Assembly: GCA_036501145.1 (NCBI GenBank) | Contig: DASYAV010000155.1 | Coordinates: 6,164-70,163, forward strand | From: Streptosporangiaceae bacterium | GTDB taxonomy: Bacteria; Actinomycetota; Actinomycetes; Streptosporangiales; Streptosporangiaceae | Reading direction: 5' to 3' | Length of the DNA stretch: 64,000 bases | Shown: piece after piece, positions 39,701 through 53,731 of the stretch | Layout of the letters: each line of letters starts with the position of its first letter | Position numbering within the stretch: the first letter of the stretch is position 1 | The notes under the pieces: model-generated | Database searches by the model: none | Told to the model about the DNA's origin: nothing | Seen by the model: the letters and a program-made list of their open reading frames with translations, nothing else | Translations under genes and position numbers: made by a program

Positions 39701-40197
39701 AGGCGCTGGCCCAGGCCGGGCTGACCCCCGGCGGCTCGTTCAGCTCCGGCGGGATCAGCTTCACCTGGCCCAACGTCCCCTCCGGCAGCCCGGACAACGT
39801 GCTGTCCGAGGGGCAGACGATCCTGGTCAGCGGGTCGGGGACCCAGCTGGGCTTCGTCGGCGCGGGCAGCCCCAGCAACGAGGGCGGCACCGGCACCATC
39901 TACTACACCGACGGGAGCACCAGCAGCTACATGGTGACCCTGGACAACTACTTCACCCCGCCCGCCGACCTCACGAACCAGATCGTGGCGCAGATGCCCT
40001 ACTGCAACGACTCCAACCCGGCCACCGAGGGCCACGGCCAGCCTGGGCAGCGCCAGCAGACCGTCTACATCTATTGCGCCACGGTGCCGATCGCGCTGGG
40101 CAAGACCGTGCGGGCGGTCACCCTGCCGGCCGGCGGCAGCGCGCCGGGCGGTGGCCGGGTCACCGGCATGCACGTGTTCGCGCTAGGCGTCGGCTGA
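36781..40197 (+). CDS. secreted GH2 glycoside hydrolase (beta-galactosidase type) + NEW3-like domain + shared C-terminal module
   Basis: GTG 36781 chosen (start uncertain; track start 36682 is in AT-rich promoter DNA). Tat motif SRRGFLRAAAGAG. GH2 TIM-barrel region NRHQ...VRCSHYPQSPDFLDACDELGIMLWEE. Confidence 0.85.
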   Translation: MANPPHGTAARPSATRQTSKIADVSRRGFLRAAAGAGTGLAAWSLLGSASPALAATFGGRRAAAANGPASLTAALNADWLFGGVATSGSSDPGFNDSGFARVTVPHVVTPLSWRDWNPAAWQQVWIYRRHFDLPPGMAKLRAFATFQGAMTTATPTFNGTQLSQHQGGYLPFGYELTSQLQARGNVLAVALDATWQNVPPDGNPGGATSVDYLEPGGLYREVALQFVPQVFIADVFASPTQVLSSSPGVSVQATVDAAVVPSAPVSAVARLQSGGRTLATVSAPVQISQAGQVTVNLQLTQLGSIELWDNDNPSLYNVVVTLTIGGQPVHDFTRRIGFREAVFQSDGFFLNGNRVKLFGLNRHQIFPYAGMGMPARVQARDAQLLKQLNCNMVRCSHYPQSPDFLDACDELGIMLWEETPGWGYLGNAAWQQIFLANVHDMVVRDRSRPSVIIWGVQPNEAPRNETLYDQSKGIANQLDGTRPTSGTETAYNTTDWDQDVFAYDDYHSSNGNAVLEPPLPGVPAYLVTEAVGALDGAPFYRWIDTQDVQQLQAKMHAQVHDIAASQDAYCGLLGWCGIDYDSLNGNIYTDVKWPGVTDTFRLMKPGAAFYLSQRDPATGPVIEPSFYWDFNPYSPVTVLGGTATIWSNCDTIKVYLNGAPQATLSPDTTGYPNLDYPPFQFDVSQIDGSDLPELRLDGYIGSRLVLSRSFAASTAGDRLELTVDDTHLVADGSDATRVAFRAVDRFGAPRPYVSGDVTVSVQGPAVWLGQVLNLASSADPVQVQPGQQSAVGLTLVNGGFPFAANGGVGGVYLRTLPGQPGEITVTVSHPALGRATARITATAPPPSPPWLDPPGGQQPTPEQAMTFTGISLALDVPSGWSASATSPTSFTSLAPGAKATATWNVTAPSSGTQGGTVTASASFTLDGSQVSQGTDVPISLVTSLADAFSNTGISDDSDVTSANFDGVGNSFSAQALAQAGLTPGGSFSSGGISFTWPNVPSGSPDNVLSEGQTILVSGSGTQLGFVGAGSPSNEGGTGTIYYTDGSTSSYMVTLDNYFTPPADLTNQIVAQMPYCNDSNPATEGHGQPGQRQQTVYIYCATVPIALGKTVRAVTLPAGGSAPGGGRVTGMHVFALGVG

Positions 40198-41070
40198 GGC
40201 CTGCCGCACCGGCGCGGAACCGTCCTCCTGGGCGTGCGTGCGGGCCAGCGACCGGGACAGCTCCACACAGCCGACCCCGACGAGCAGCACGGCGATGATC
40301 TGAATCGCCAGCCAGCCGCCGGTGCGCAGGTCCTCGCCGAACACCGTCACCCCGTAGGACACGCTGATCAGCGCGTCACCCAGGGTGAGCGGCGGCTGCG
40401 CCGCGACCAGCGACCCGGCCTGCAGCGCGTTCTGCAGCAGGAACAGCGCCCCCACGCCGGCCGCCGCGGTGCCGTACAGCTCCCAGGAGGAGAAGAACGC
40501 ACCGGCGCCCTGGCTCAGCGCGGCCATGGCCCCCTTCATCAGCGCCGCGGTCAGCGCGTAACCGCAGGCCGCCGCCAGCGCAAACGCCGCGGCGCGGAAG
40601 TCGCCGCGCAGCCGGATCCCGGCGATGATCAGCACCGCCTCGAACACCGCGGTCACGATCAGGGTGGCCGCCCACACCCGCAGCGGGGCCCGGTCCACCC
40701 CGCCCGACGGCGCCGCGGCGGCCAGCCCGGCACCCAGGCTGACTGTGACCAGGACCACCGCGTACCACGTGGTCTTGGGCACCGGACGGCCGACCAGCCT
40801 GCTCGCCAGCAGCAGGGTGAACGGCAGCTCGATGATGAAGATCGGCTGCACCAGGGCGACCGGCCCGTTGGCCAGCGCGGTGGCCTGGCACACCGCGGCG
40901 ATGATGATCAGCGCGATGCCCGCCAGCCACACCTTGCGCTTGACCAGGTAGGCCAGCAGCGACAGGTGCAGCGCCCGCGACGCCGGCGCCTCGCTGGCCG
41001 CCATCCGCTGGCACACCGACGCCGCCCCGTTGGCAAGCGCCGTCAGCAGGGCGAACAGGACCGAGACCAC
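40183..41070 (-). CDS. polytopic membrane protein, DMT-like transporter
   Basis: 295 aa, about 9-10 TM segments. 3' end overlaps the GH2 stop by 15 nt (convergent). Confidence 0.6.
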   Translation of the reverse strand: MVSVLFALLTALANGAASVCQRMAASEAPASRALHLSLLAYLVKRKVWLAGIALIIIAAVCQATALANGPVALVQPIFIIELPFTLLLASRLVGRPVPKTTWYAVVLVTVSLGAGLAAAAPSGGVDRAPLRVWAATLIVTAVFEAVLIIAGIRLRGDFRAAAFALAAACGYALTAALMKGAMAALSQGAGAFFSSWELYGTAAAGVGALFLLQNALQAGSLVAAQPPLTLGDALISVSYGVTVFGEDLRTGGWLAIQIIAVLLVGVGCVELSRSLARTHAQEDGSAPVRQASADA

Positions 41071-41079
41071 CGCGGCATC

Positions 41080-42303
41080 CTACCTTTCCGCCGGCTCCGG
41101 TGCAGCGGGCGAGGCGCGCAGCAGCACCGCGTCCCGCGCGGCCAGCCAGCCCGCGGCCAGCTCGGCCGCGCACAGCACGAGCAGCAACGCGATGGGCACG
41201 TCCCAGCCGCCGGTCGCGTCGTGCAGCAGCCCGACCGCGAGCGGGCCGGTGGTGGCCAGCAGGTAGCCGCCCCCCTGGGCCAGCGCGGACAGCGACGCCG
41301 CGGTCATCGGGTCGGGCGCCCGGATCACGGTGAACAAGATGGCCAGGCTCAGCGACGCGCCCTGGCTCAGGCCGAGCAGCAGCACCCACGCCCAAGCTCC
41401 GCCGAGCGGCGCGTACAGCACCCCGGCGATGCCCGCCGCGGTGGCCATCACGGTGGGCACCACCAGCACCCGCTGGCTGGCCATCCGGTGCGCGATGACC
41501 GGGATGAGCAGCGCGGTCACCGCGTTGCCGAAGTTCATCAGCGCGCTCAGGTCACCGGCCCGCGACACGTCCATGCCGCGGTCCTGCAGCAGCGTGGGCA
41601 GCCAGGACAGTGCCGCGTAGTAGGTCAGGCTCTGCAGGCCCATGAACGCGGTCACCTGCCAGGTCAGCGCCTGCCTGGCGATCGGGAGCCGGGCCGTGTT
41701 CCCGGCGGCCGGGGCCCCGGGGCCCGCCACCGGTTCGGGCTGGGTGCGGTACCGCCGCTGCGGCAGCCAGACCGCGAACGCGATCACCGCGGGCACCGCC
41801 CACAGCCACAGCGTGAACCGGACCGGCCCGCCGAGCCAGCCGGCCTGGCCGGTGTCCCGGTACAGCGGCACCGCCAGCAGCGAGCCGAGCACCGAGCCCA
41901 CGGCCAGGCACAGCAGGTAAGCGCCGATCAGCAGGCCGGCCCGGCTGGGCTGGCGCCGCTTGACCAGGCTGGGCAGCAGCACGTTCATCAGCGCGATCGC
42001 GGCCATGCCGAGCACGGTTCCCGGGTACAGCAGCCAGCTCGGCAGCGCGCCGCGCAGCGCCAGCCCGGCGGCCAGCAGGGCCAGCGCGCCGAGCAGCACC
42101 CGTTCCTCGCCGAACCGGCGGCTCAGCGGCGCCGCCACACCGGAGAACACGCCGAAACACAGCACCGGGATGGTGGCCAGCACGGTCACCCCGGCCGGGG
42201 ACAGGTGCAGCCGGGGAGCCAGTTCGCTGAACACCGGCGGCAGGCTGGTGATCGCGGCCCGCAGGTTGAACGCGAGCACCATGATCCCGGCCACCAGCAG
42301 CAC
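41080..42303 (-). CDS. MFS transporter (CynX/NimT-like)
   Basis: 407 aa with a 12-TM pattern. Confidence 0.75.
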   Translation of the reverse strand: MLLVAGIMVLAFNLRAAITSLPPVFSELAPRLHLSPAGVTVLATIPVLCFGVFSGVAAPLSRRFGEERVLLGALALLAAGLALRGALPSWLLYPGTVLGMAAIALMNVLLPSLVKRRQPSRAGLLIGAYLLCLAVGSVLGSLLAVPLYRDTGQAGWLGGPVRFTLWLWAVPAVIAFAVWLPQRRYRTQPEPVAGPGAPAAGNTARLPIARQALTWQVTAFMGLQSLTYYAALSWLPTLLQDRGMDVSRAGDLSALMNFGNAVTALLIPVIAHRMASQRVLVVPTVMATAAGIAGVLYAPLGGAWAWVLLLGLSQGASLSLAILFTVIRAPDPMTAASLSALAQGGGYLLATTGPLAVGLLHDATGGWDVPIALLLVLCAAELAAGWLAARDAVLLRASPAAPEPAER

Positions 42304-42369
42304 GACGCCGGCCCGGCGCGCCGGATGCGGGCCAGTGCTCGCTGGCCCGCCGAGCGAGCTCTGCCGCGT

Positions 42370-42403
42370 GCTCAGTTCCTGGCCGCCATGTTCTGCTGCT
42401 GGC

Positions 42404-42416
<13 letters not shown>
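42370..42416. repeat. 15-nt direct repeat GCTCAGTTCCTGGCC (period 32) duplicating the acnA stop region
   Basis: Copies at 42370-42384 and 42402-42416. The second copy contains the acnA stop codon. Confidence 0.8.
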
Positions 42417-45136
<2,720 letters not shown>

Positions 45137-45183
45137 CTCGCACCGACCTCCTCGTAGATACGCCGACACCAAGCATCATATAT

Positions 45184-45195
45184 CTTGACGTCAAG
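45184..45195. promoter_or_regulatory. perfect 12-bp palindrome CTTGACGTCAAG upstream of acnA
   Basis: 48-59 nt upstream of ATG 45136, inside an AT-rich patch. Confidence 0.4.
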
Positions 45196-45267
45196 CTATC
45201 TGCCGGGGGTGGCACGGATGGCTGCGGACCCGGGGGCGCGGGCCGGCGGACGGGGGCGCTCAGCCAG

Positions 45268-49191
<3,924 letters not shown>

Positions 49192-49195
<4 letters not shown>

Positions 49196-49932
49196 CGGTT
49201 CAGCAACTCCCCCAGGTCATCAACCACGATGTCCGCGCCGTGCTCGGCCAGCTCGGCCGCCTGGCCGGTCCGGTTGACCCCCACCACCAGGCCGAACTGC
49301 CCGGCCCGCCCGGCCTCCACGCCGGCCAGCGCGTCCTCGAACACCACCGCGTGCTCGCGGGCCACGCCGAGTGCGGCCGCCCCGGCCAGGAACGTGTCCG
49401 GCGCGGGCTTGCCGGCCAGGCCGCGTTCCTTGGCCACCACACCGTCGATCCGCGCGTCGAACAGGCCGGCCAGCCCGGCCACCTGCAGTACTTGAACGGT
49501 GTTCGCGCTGGATGATACGACCGCGGTGCGCAGCCCGGCTGCGCGGACCGCCTTGATGTACGTCACCGAGCCGTCGTAGACCTGCACGCCGTGCTTGTCG
49601 ATCATCTCCAGCACGAGCGCGTTCTTCCGGTTGCTCAGCCCGTTCACGGTCTGCGCGGTCGGCGGGTCGTCCGGGCTGCCCTCGGGCAGGTCGATGCCGC
49701 GGGCCTTCAGGAACGACCTGGTGCCGTCCAGCCGCGGCTTGCCGTCCACGTAGCGGTCGTACTCGTGCACCTTGTCGAAGGGCACGAACTCGGTGCCGTG
49801 CTGCGCGGCCCACTCGCGGAGGAATTCGTCGAACATTTCCTTCCAGGCCGCCGCGTGCACGAGCGCTGTCTTGGTCACCACGCCGTCCAGGTCAAACAGG
49901 CAGGCCTGAGCCGTGTCGGGAAGTCCCAGCAT
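49192..49932 (-). CDS. beta-phosphoglucomutase-family HAD hydrolase
   Basis: DxDG motif in CLFDLDGVVTKT. HAD motifs further downstream. Confidence 0.85.
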
Positions 49933-50042
49933 GTGGATTGTCTCTCCGCCTTGTATCGCCGGCCGGCGTCCCTGGCCAGCGTGATTCAGACAAGTGTGCC
50001 CGAGCCAGCAGGGCGCTGGGGCCGTCTAGGCCATCCCGTTAC

Positions 50043-50459
50043 TCAGTGTTCGCGCTGCCACCCGGACACGGGTGGTGGCGGGGCCGGTGGTGGCGCTCCG
50101 GGTGGCGGCGGGGCCGGTGGTGGCGGGCCCGCCTCGGGCTGGGGCCGGTCGGCCAGCCAGGCCTGGTGCTCGGGAGAGGTCAGCGGCTGGAGCATCCGGC
50201 GGACCCGGCCGGCCGGCCCCGGCGGCGTCCAGCGGACGCTGCCCGCGGCCAGCACGAACATGCACAGCCCGCAGAGCAGTGCGGCCGTCATCAGCACTTC
50301 CCCGATGCCCGCGATCGCGGCCCAGTGGCCGTGATAGCCCGCCTGGCCGACCGTGCCGATTACCCAGAGGATGACGCCCACGGTGAGCGGGGCGGCGCCG
50401 GCGACCGCGATCAGGGCCAGCAGCTGCGCCTGCCGGGCGACCGGTACGTTGCGGGGCAC
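50043..50459 (-). CDS. hypothetical membrane protein with proline-rich C-terminal tail
   Basis: 138 aa, 3 TM segments, tail PPPPAPPPPGAPPPAPPPP encoded by a 30-bp tandem repeat. Confidence 0.45.
   Translation of the reverse strand: MPRNVPVARQAQLLALIAVAGAAPLTVGVILWVIGTVGQAGYHGHWAAIAGIGEVLMTAALLCGLCMFVLAAGSVRWTPPGPAGRVRRMLQPLTSPEHQAWLADRPQPEAGPPPPAPPPPGAPPPAPPPPVSGWQREH
50071..50130 (-). repeat. 30-bp tandem duplication encoding the proline-rich tail
   Basis: ggtggtggcggggccggtggtggcgctccg / ggtggcggcggggccggtggtggcgggccc. Confidence 0.85.
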
Positions 50460-50469
50460 GGGTCTCAGC

Positions 50470-50910
50470 CTATGTTCCGCCCGCGGCGGCCCAGCCGGAC
50501 CAGCGCGCGACCGCGATGCTGATCACCGGGCCGGCCGGCGGCTCGGCGGTGTACTGCGGGTACCGCCGGGCCAGCAGTGCGATGGGCCCGGCCATGTCGG
50601 CCGGGCGGGCCAGGATCTCGGCCTGCCCGTCGGCCCGCGCCCACCACAGCAGCGGCCAGTCCTCGTCGTAGTGGTCGGCGAGCAGGCTCACCCGGGGGTC
50701 GGCCCGGATGTTGGCCAGCCTGCGCAGGTCCCGGCTGGCCTTGGGTTTGCTGTCCACCACGGTGCACAGGCGGTCGCCGTCCAGGGCGAACGTCACCGGC
50801 ACGAGGTGCGGCGGCCCTGGCCCGGCGGCGGTCGCCAGCCCGGTGGTCGCCAGAACTGCTACCCGGGCCGTGCCGAACCGCCGCCGCGCTTCGCCGCTGG
50901 ACAGCCGCAG
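50470..50910 (-). CDS. PPOX-class (TIGR03668-like) F420-dependent oxidoreductase, probable CTG start
   Basis: The body RLSSGEARRRFGTARVAVLATT...PHLVPVTFAL...DHYDEDWPLLWWARADG matches the family from its first residues. The only in-frame start near the family N-terminus is CTG at 50910, preceded by GGAGGGGAG. Confidence 0.65.
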   Translation of the reverse strand: MRLSSGEARRRFGTARVAVLATTGLATAAGPGPPHLVPVTFALDGDRLCTVVDSKPKASRDLRRLANIRADPRVSLLADHYDEDWPLLWWARADGQAEILARPADMAGPIALLARRYPQYTAEPPAGPVISIAVARWSGWAAAGGT

Positions 50911-50957
50911 TGCCGCTCCCCTCCGCTCCCGGCCGGGCTTCGGCCGTGGGTTCCGCG

Positions 50958-51890
50958 TCAGCTCACCTGTGGCATAACCTCCGCGGCGATCAGCTCGACG
51001 TGGTCGAGGTCGTCCAGATCCATCACCTGCAGGTACATGCTGTCCGCTCCGGCCGCGCCAAACTGGCCGATCCGGTCCACCACTTCCGCCGGGGTGCCGG
51101 CCACCGCGGTCTCCCGCAGGTCGGCGAGCGGGCGGCCGATCGCGGCGGCGCGCCGCTCGAGTTCGCCGGCGTTGGCGCCGCAGCAGACCGTGTGTGCCAC
51201 CGAGTAGCGCAGCGACGCGGCGTCCCGGCCGGCCTCCGCGCACGCCTCGCGCACCCGGCCGAACGCCGCCGCGCAGTCGGCGACGCTGCCGAACGGCACG
51301 TTGTACTCGTCGGCGTAGGCCGCGGTCAGCCGCGGGGTGCGGCGTGCGCCGGTCCCGCCGATCAGCACCGGCGGCCGGGGCCGCTGGGTGGGCTTGGGCA
51401 GGGCCGGGGAGTCGGAGACCCGGTAGTGCCTGCCGCGGAAGCTGAACTTCTCACCGGCCGGCGTGCCCCACATCCCGGTGATGACCGCGAGCTGTTCCTC
51501 GAGCATGCCGAACCGCTCCACGGTCGGCGGGAACGGCAGGCCGTAGGCGGTGTGCTCGGCGTCGAACCAGCCGGTGCCAAGGCCCAGCTCCACCCGGCCG
51601 CCGCTCATCTGGTCCACCTGGGCCACGCTCACCGCCAGCGGGCCCGGCCAGCGGAACGTCACCGGGCTCATCAGCGTGCCGAGCCGGATCCGGGTGGTCT
51701 CCAGGGCCAGCCCGGCCAGCGTGATCCACGCGTCGGTCGGCCCGGGCAGGCCGCTGCCCTCACCCATCAGCAGGTAGTGGTCGGACCGGAAGAACGCGTC
51801 GAATCCCAGCTGCTCGGCCGCCTGGGCCAGCCGCCGCAGCGTGCCGTAATCCGCGCCCTGCTGTGGCTCGGTGAATACCCGTAGTCGCAT
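50958..51890 (-). CDS. LLM-class (luciferase-like) F420-dependent oxidoreductase
   Basis: MRLRVFTEPQQGADYGTLRRLAQAAEQLGFDAFFRSDH is a family-typical N-terminus. Confidence 0.85.
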   Translation of the reverse strand: MRLRVFTEPQQGADYGTLRRLAQAAEQLGFDAFFRSDHYLLMGEGSGLPGPTDAWITLAGLALETTRIRLGTLMSPVTFRWPGPLAVSVAQVDQMSGGRVELGLGTGWFDAEHTAYGLPFPPTVERFGMLEEQLAVITGMWGTPAGEKFSFRGRHYRVSDSPALPKPTQRPRPPVLIGGTGARRTPRLTAAYADEYNVPFGSVADCAAAFGRVREACAEAGRDAASLRYSVAHTVCCGANAGELERRAAAIGRPLADLRETAVAGTPAEVVDRIGQFGAAGADSMYLQVMDLDDLDHVELIAAEVMPQVS

Positions 51891-51947
51891 GGATCACACG
51901 GTACTCAGGCTGACCGCGGGCCGGTCAGGGCCCCAGCCGGCCGGGCG

Positions 51948-52100
51948 CTACCCGGCGGAAGCGGCCGGGATGTGCAGCGTCAGGTGCGCCAGGCTGGCCG
52001 GGGTCGCGGGCAGCCAGCGCAAGCCGATCTGCCGGCCGGTGGCGGCCGTCGGCCCGATCAGGAACCGCTCGAGTTCCGCCGCGTCGCCGTCCGGCCGCAT
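51948..52100 (-). CDS. small hypothetical ORF (50 aa), below the track length cut-off
   Basis: My translation: MRPDGDAAELERFLIGPTAATGRQIGLRWLPATPASLAHLTLHIPAASAG. GAGGAG RBS 7 nt upstream. Nearly every third position is G/C. Confidence 0.3.
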   Translation of the reverse strand: MRPDGDAAELERFLIGPTAATGRQIGLRWLPATPASLAHLTLHIPAASAG

Positions 52101-52159
52101 GCCTGGCTCCTCTCGCCCTCACCAGGCAAGTACGCGCGACCCGGGCGGGTGGTTGCCAG

Positions 52160-53584
52160 CTACCCGGGGATCAGGGTGGCCAGGCACTCGACGTGGTGCG
52201 TCATCGGGAAGGCATCGAAGCCGCGCAGGTCCGCCAGCTGCCAGCCGAGCCCGGCGAACAGCGCGATGTCGCGGGCCAGCGTGGCCGGGTCACAGGAGAC
52301 GTAGGCGACCCGGCGCAGCCCGCTGGCCGGCCCGGCGAGCAACTCGACGAGCCCGGCGGTGGCCCCGGCCCGCGGCGGGTCGAGCACGGCCAGCCCGGCG
52401 CCGCCGGGCCCGTGCCGCCCGAGCACCTCCGCGGCGTCCCCACGGTGCACCCTGACCTGCGGGAACCCGGCCAGATTCTTGCGTGCGTCGCGGACCGCGG
52501 CGGCCTGCGACTCGATCGCGGTGACCTTCCCCCCGACGCCCACCGCGGCGGCCAGCGCCCCGGCGAACAGGCCCGCGCCGCAGTACAGGTCGAGCGCCAC
52601 GTCGCCGGGCTCGGGCCGCAGCGCGGCCAGCACCGCGCCGGTCAGCACTTCGGCCGCGGCCGGGTGCACCTGCCAGAACACTCCCGGGCTGACCCGCCAG
52701 GCCCGGCCGACGGCGTGCTGGGTGAGCGGGCGCGGGCCTGGCTGGCCGGCCCTCTGCTGGCCGGCCCTCCGCTGGCCAGCCCTGCCCCGGGCGGTGACGA
52801 GCACCGACCGTTCACCCGACCCGGGCGAGACGGTCACCTCGACGCCGCGGGCGCCCGGCCAGCGGCTGCCCGGCACGTCCGCCTCGCGCACCAGCGGGTG
52901 CGCGATCAGGCAGTCGTCGACGGCGACGACCTCGCGGGACCGGTGCCGGCGCAGGCCCGCGGTGCCGTCCGGGCGGACCGCGAAACCGACCCGGGTGCGC
53001 CAGCCCAGGCCCGCGCCCCCGGTGCCCGCGTCCCCGGTGCCAGTACCCGCGGAGCCAGGGCCCCCGGGGCCGGCGGGCTCGGGCAGCGCGGCCACCTCGA
53101 CGTCGCGGTCGATCCCGGCGATGCGGCGCAGTTGCTCGCTGATGACCTGTGCCTTGATCGCGCGCTGCGCGGCCGGGCTGGCGTGCTGCAGGTCGCACCC
53201 GCCGCAGCCGCCCGGGTGCGCGTACCGGCAGGGCGGCTCGACCCGGCCGGGCGAGGCGTCCAGCACCTCGATCGCGTCGGCCCGGGCGAACCGGGCCGTG
53301 CTGCTGGTCACCCGGGCCCGGACCCGCTCGCCGGGCAGCGCGTGCCGGACGAACACCACCTTGCCCGGCCCGGCGCCGTCACCGGGTTCGCCCTCCCCGG
53401 TGCTGCCCGGTGCCGTGCTGCCCAGCACTGTGTTGCCCGGCGCTGTGCTGCCCAGTGCTGTGCTGCCCAGTGCCGCGGCGTCCGGCTGGCCGGCCGCCCT
53501 GGCCACGCACCACCCGCCGTGGGCAGGACCGGCCACGGTCAGCTCGAGTACGCTGCCCGGGGCGCAGCCGTTCAATGTCTCCAT
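52160..53584 (-). CDS. class I SAM-dependent RNA (uracil-5)-methyltransferase, TrmA/RumA family
   Basis: TRAM-like N-terminus, Cys cluster CRYAHPGGCGGCDLQH, C-terminus YVSCDPATLARD. The start could be 53614. Confidence 0.85.
   Translation of the reverse strand: METLNGCAPGSVLELTVAGPAHGGWCVARAAGQPDAAALGSTALGSTAPGNTVLGSTAPGSTGEGEPGDGAGPGKVVFVRHALPGERVRARVTSSTARFARADAIEVLDASPGRVEPPCRYAHPGGCGGCDLQHASPAAQRAIKAQVISEQLRRIAGIDRDVEVAALPEPAGPGGPGSAGTGTGDAGTGGAGLGWRTRVGFAVRPDGTAGLRRHRSREVVAVDDCLIAHPLVREADVPGSRWPGARGVEVTVSPGSGERSVLVTARGRAGQRRAGQQRAGQPGPRPLTQHAVGRAWRVSPGVFWQVHPAAAEVLTGAVLAALRPEPGDVALDLYCGAGLFAGALAAAVGVGGKVTAIESQAAAVRDARKNLAGFPQVRVHRGDAAEVLGRHGPGGAGLAVLDPPRAGATAGLVELLAGPASGLRRVAYVSCDPATLARDIALFAGLGWQLADLRGFDAFPMTHHVECLATLIPG
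53400..53474 (-). repeat. 15-bp tandem repeat, 5 units, in the methyltransferase N-terminal region
   Basis: Units of the form gtgctgcccagtgct. Encodes ALGST ALGST APGNT VLGST APGST. Confidence 0.9.
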
Positions 53585-53731
53585 GGTTTCCCCGAACACC
53601 CGCTTGCCGTCCACGGGTGTGCAGCGTATGCCATGTCAGAAGGCAATTCCGCAGTTCACCATCCCCGGTCTTTAGCCGTGGGGCAGGAGGGAATACCGTT
53701 GGCGGGCAGCGGAATCGCCGGAGGGACGGCC

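Noticed and set aside
25202-39899. Three mutually similar antisense ORFs (25202..25411 +, 33541..33750 -, 39213..39899 -) that look like a small paralogous family.
   Set aside because: They are the reverse-strand shadows of the shared C-terminal module of the three glycoside hydrolases. Their similarity is inherited from the sense strand.
14811-40197. Reading the carbohydrate locus as a sulfoquinovose (sulfo-ED) cluster outright.
   Set aside because: I kept this only as an alternative inside a finding. I saw no GH31-type sulfoquinovosidase, no sulfolactaldehyde dehydrogenase and no sulfite exporter. The dehydratase is DgoD-like rather than the type I recall from the described sulfo-ED route, and the hydrolases are GH2, GH3 and GH51-like.
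53400-53474. Regularly spaced short repeats (here and at 46450-46509, 14425-14496 and 28015-28074) considered as a possible CRISPR array or mobile-element ends.
   Set aside because: The units are directly adjacent with no spacers, are only 15-36 bp long, lie in frame inside genes, and no cas or transposase genes are present. They are slippage duplications.
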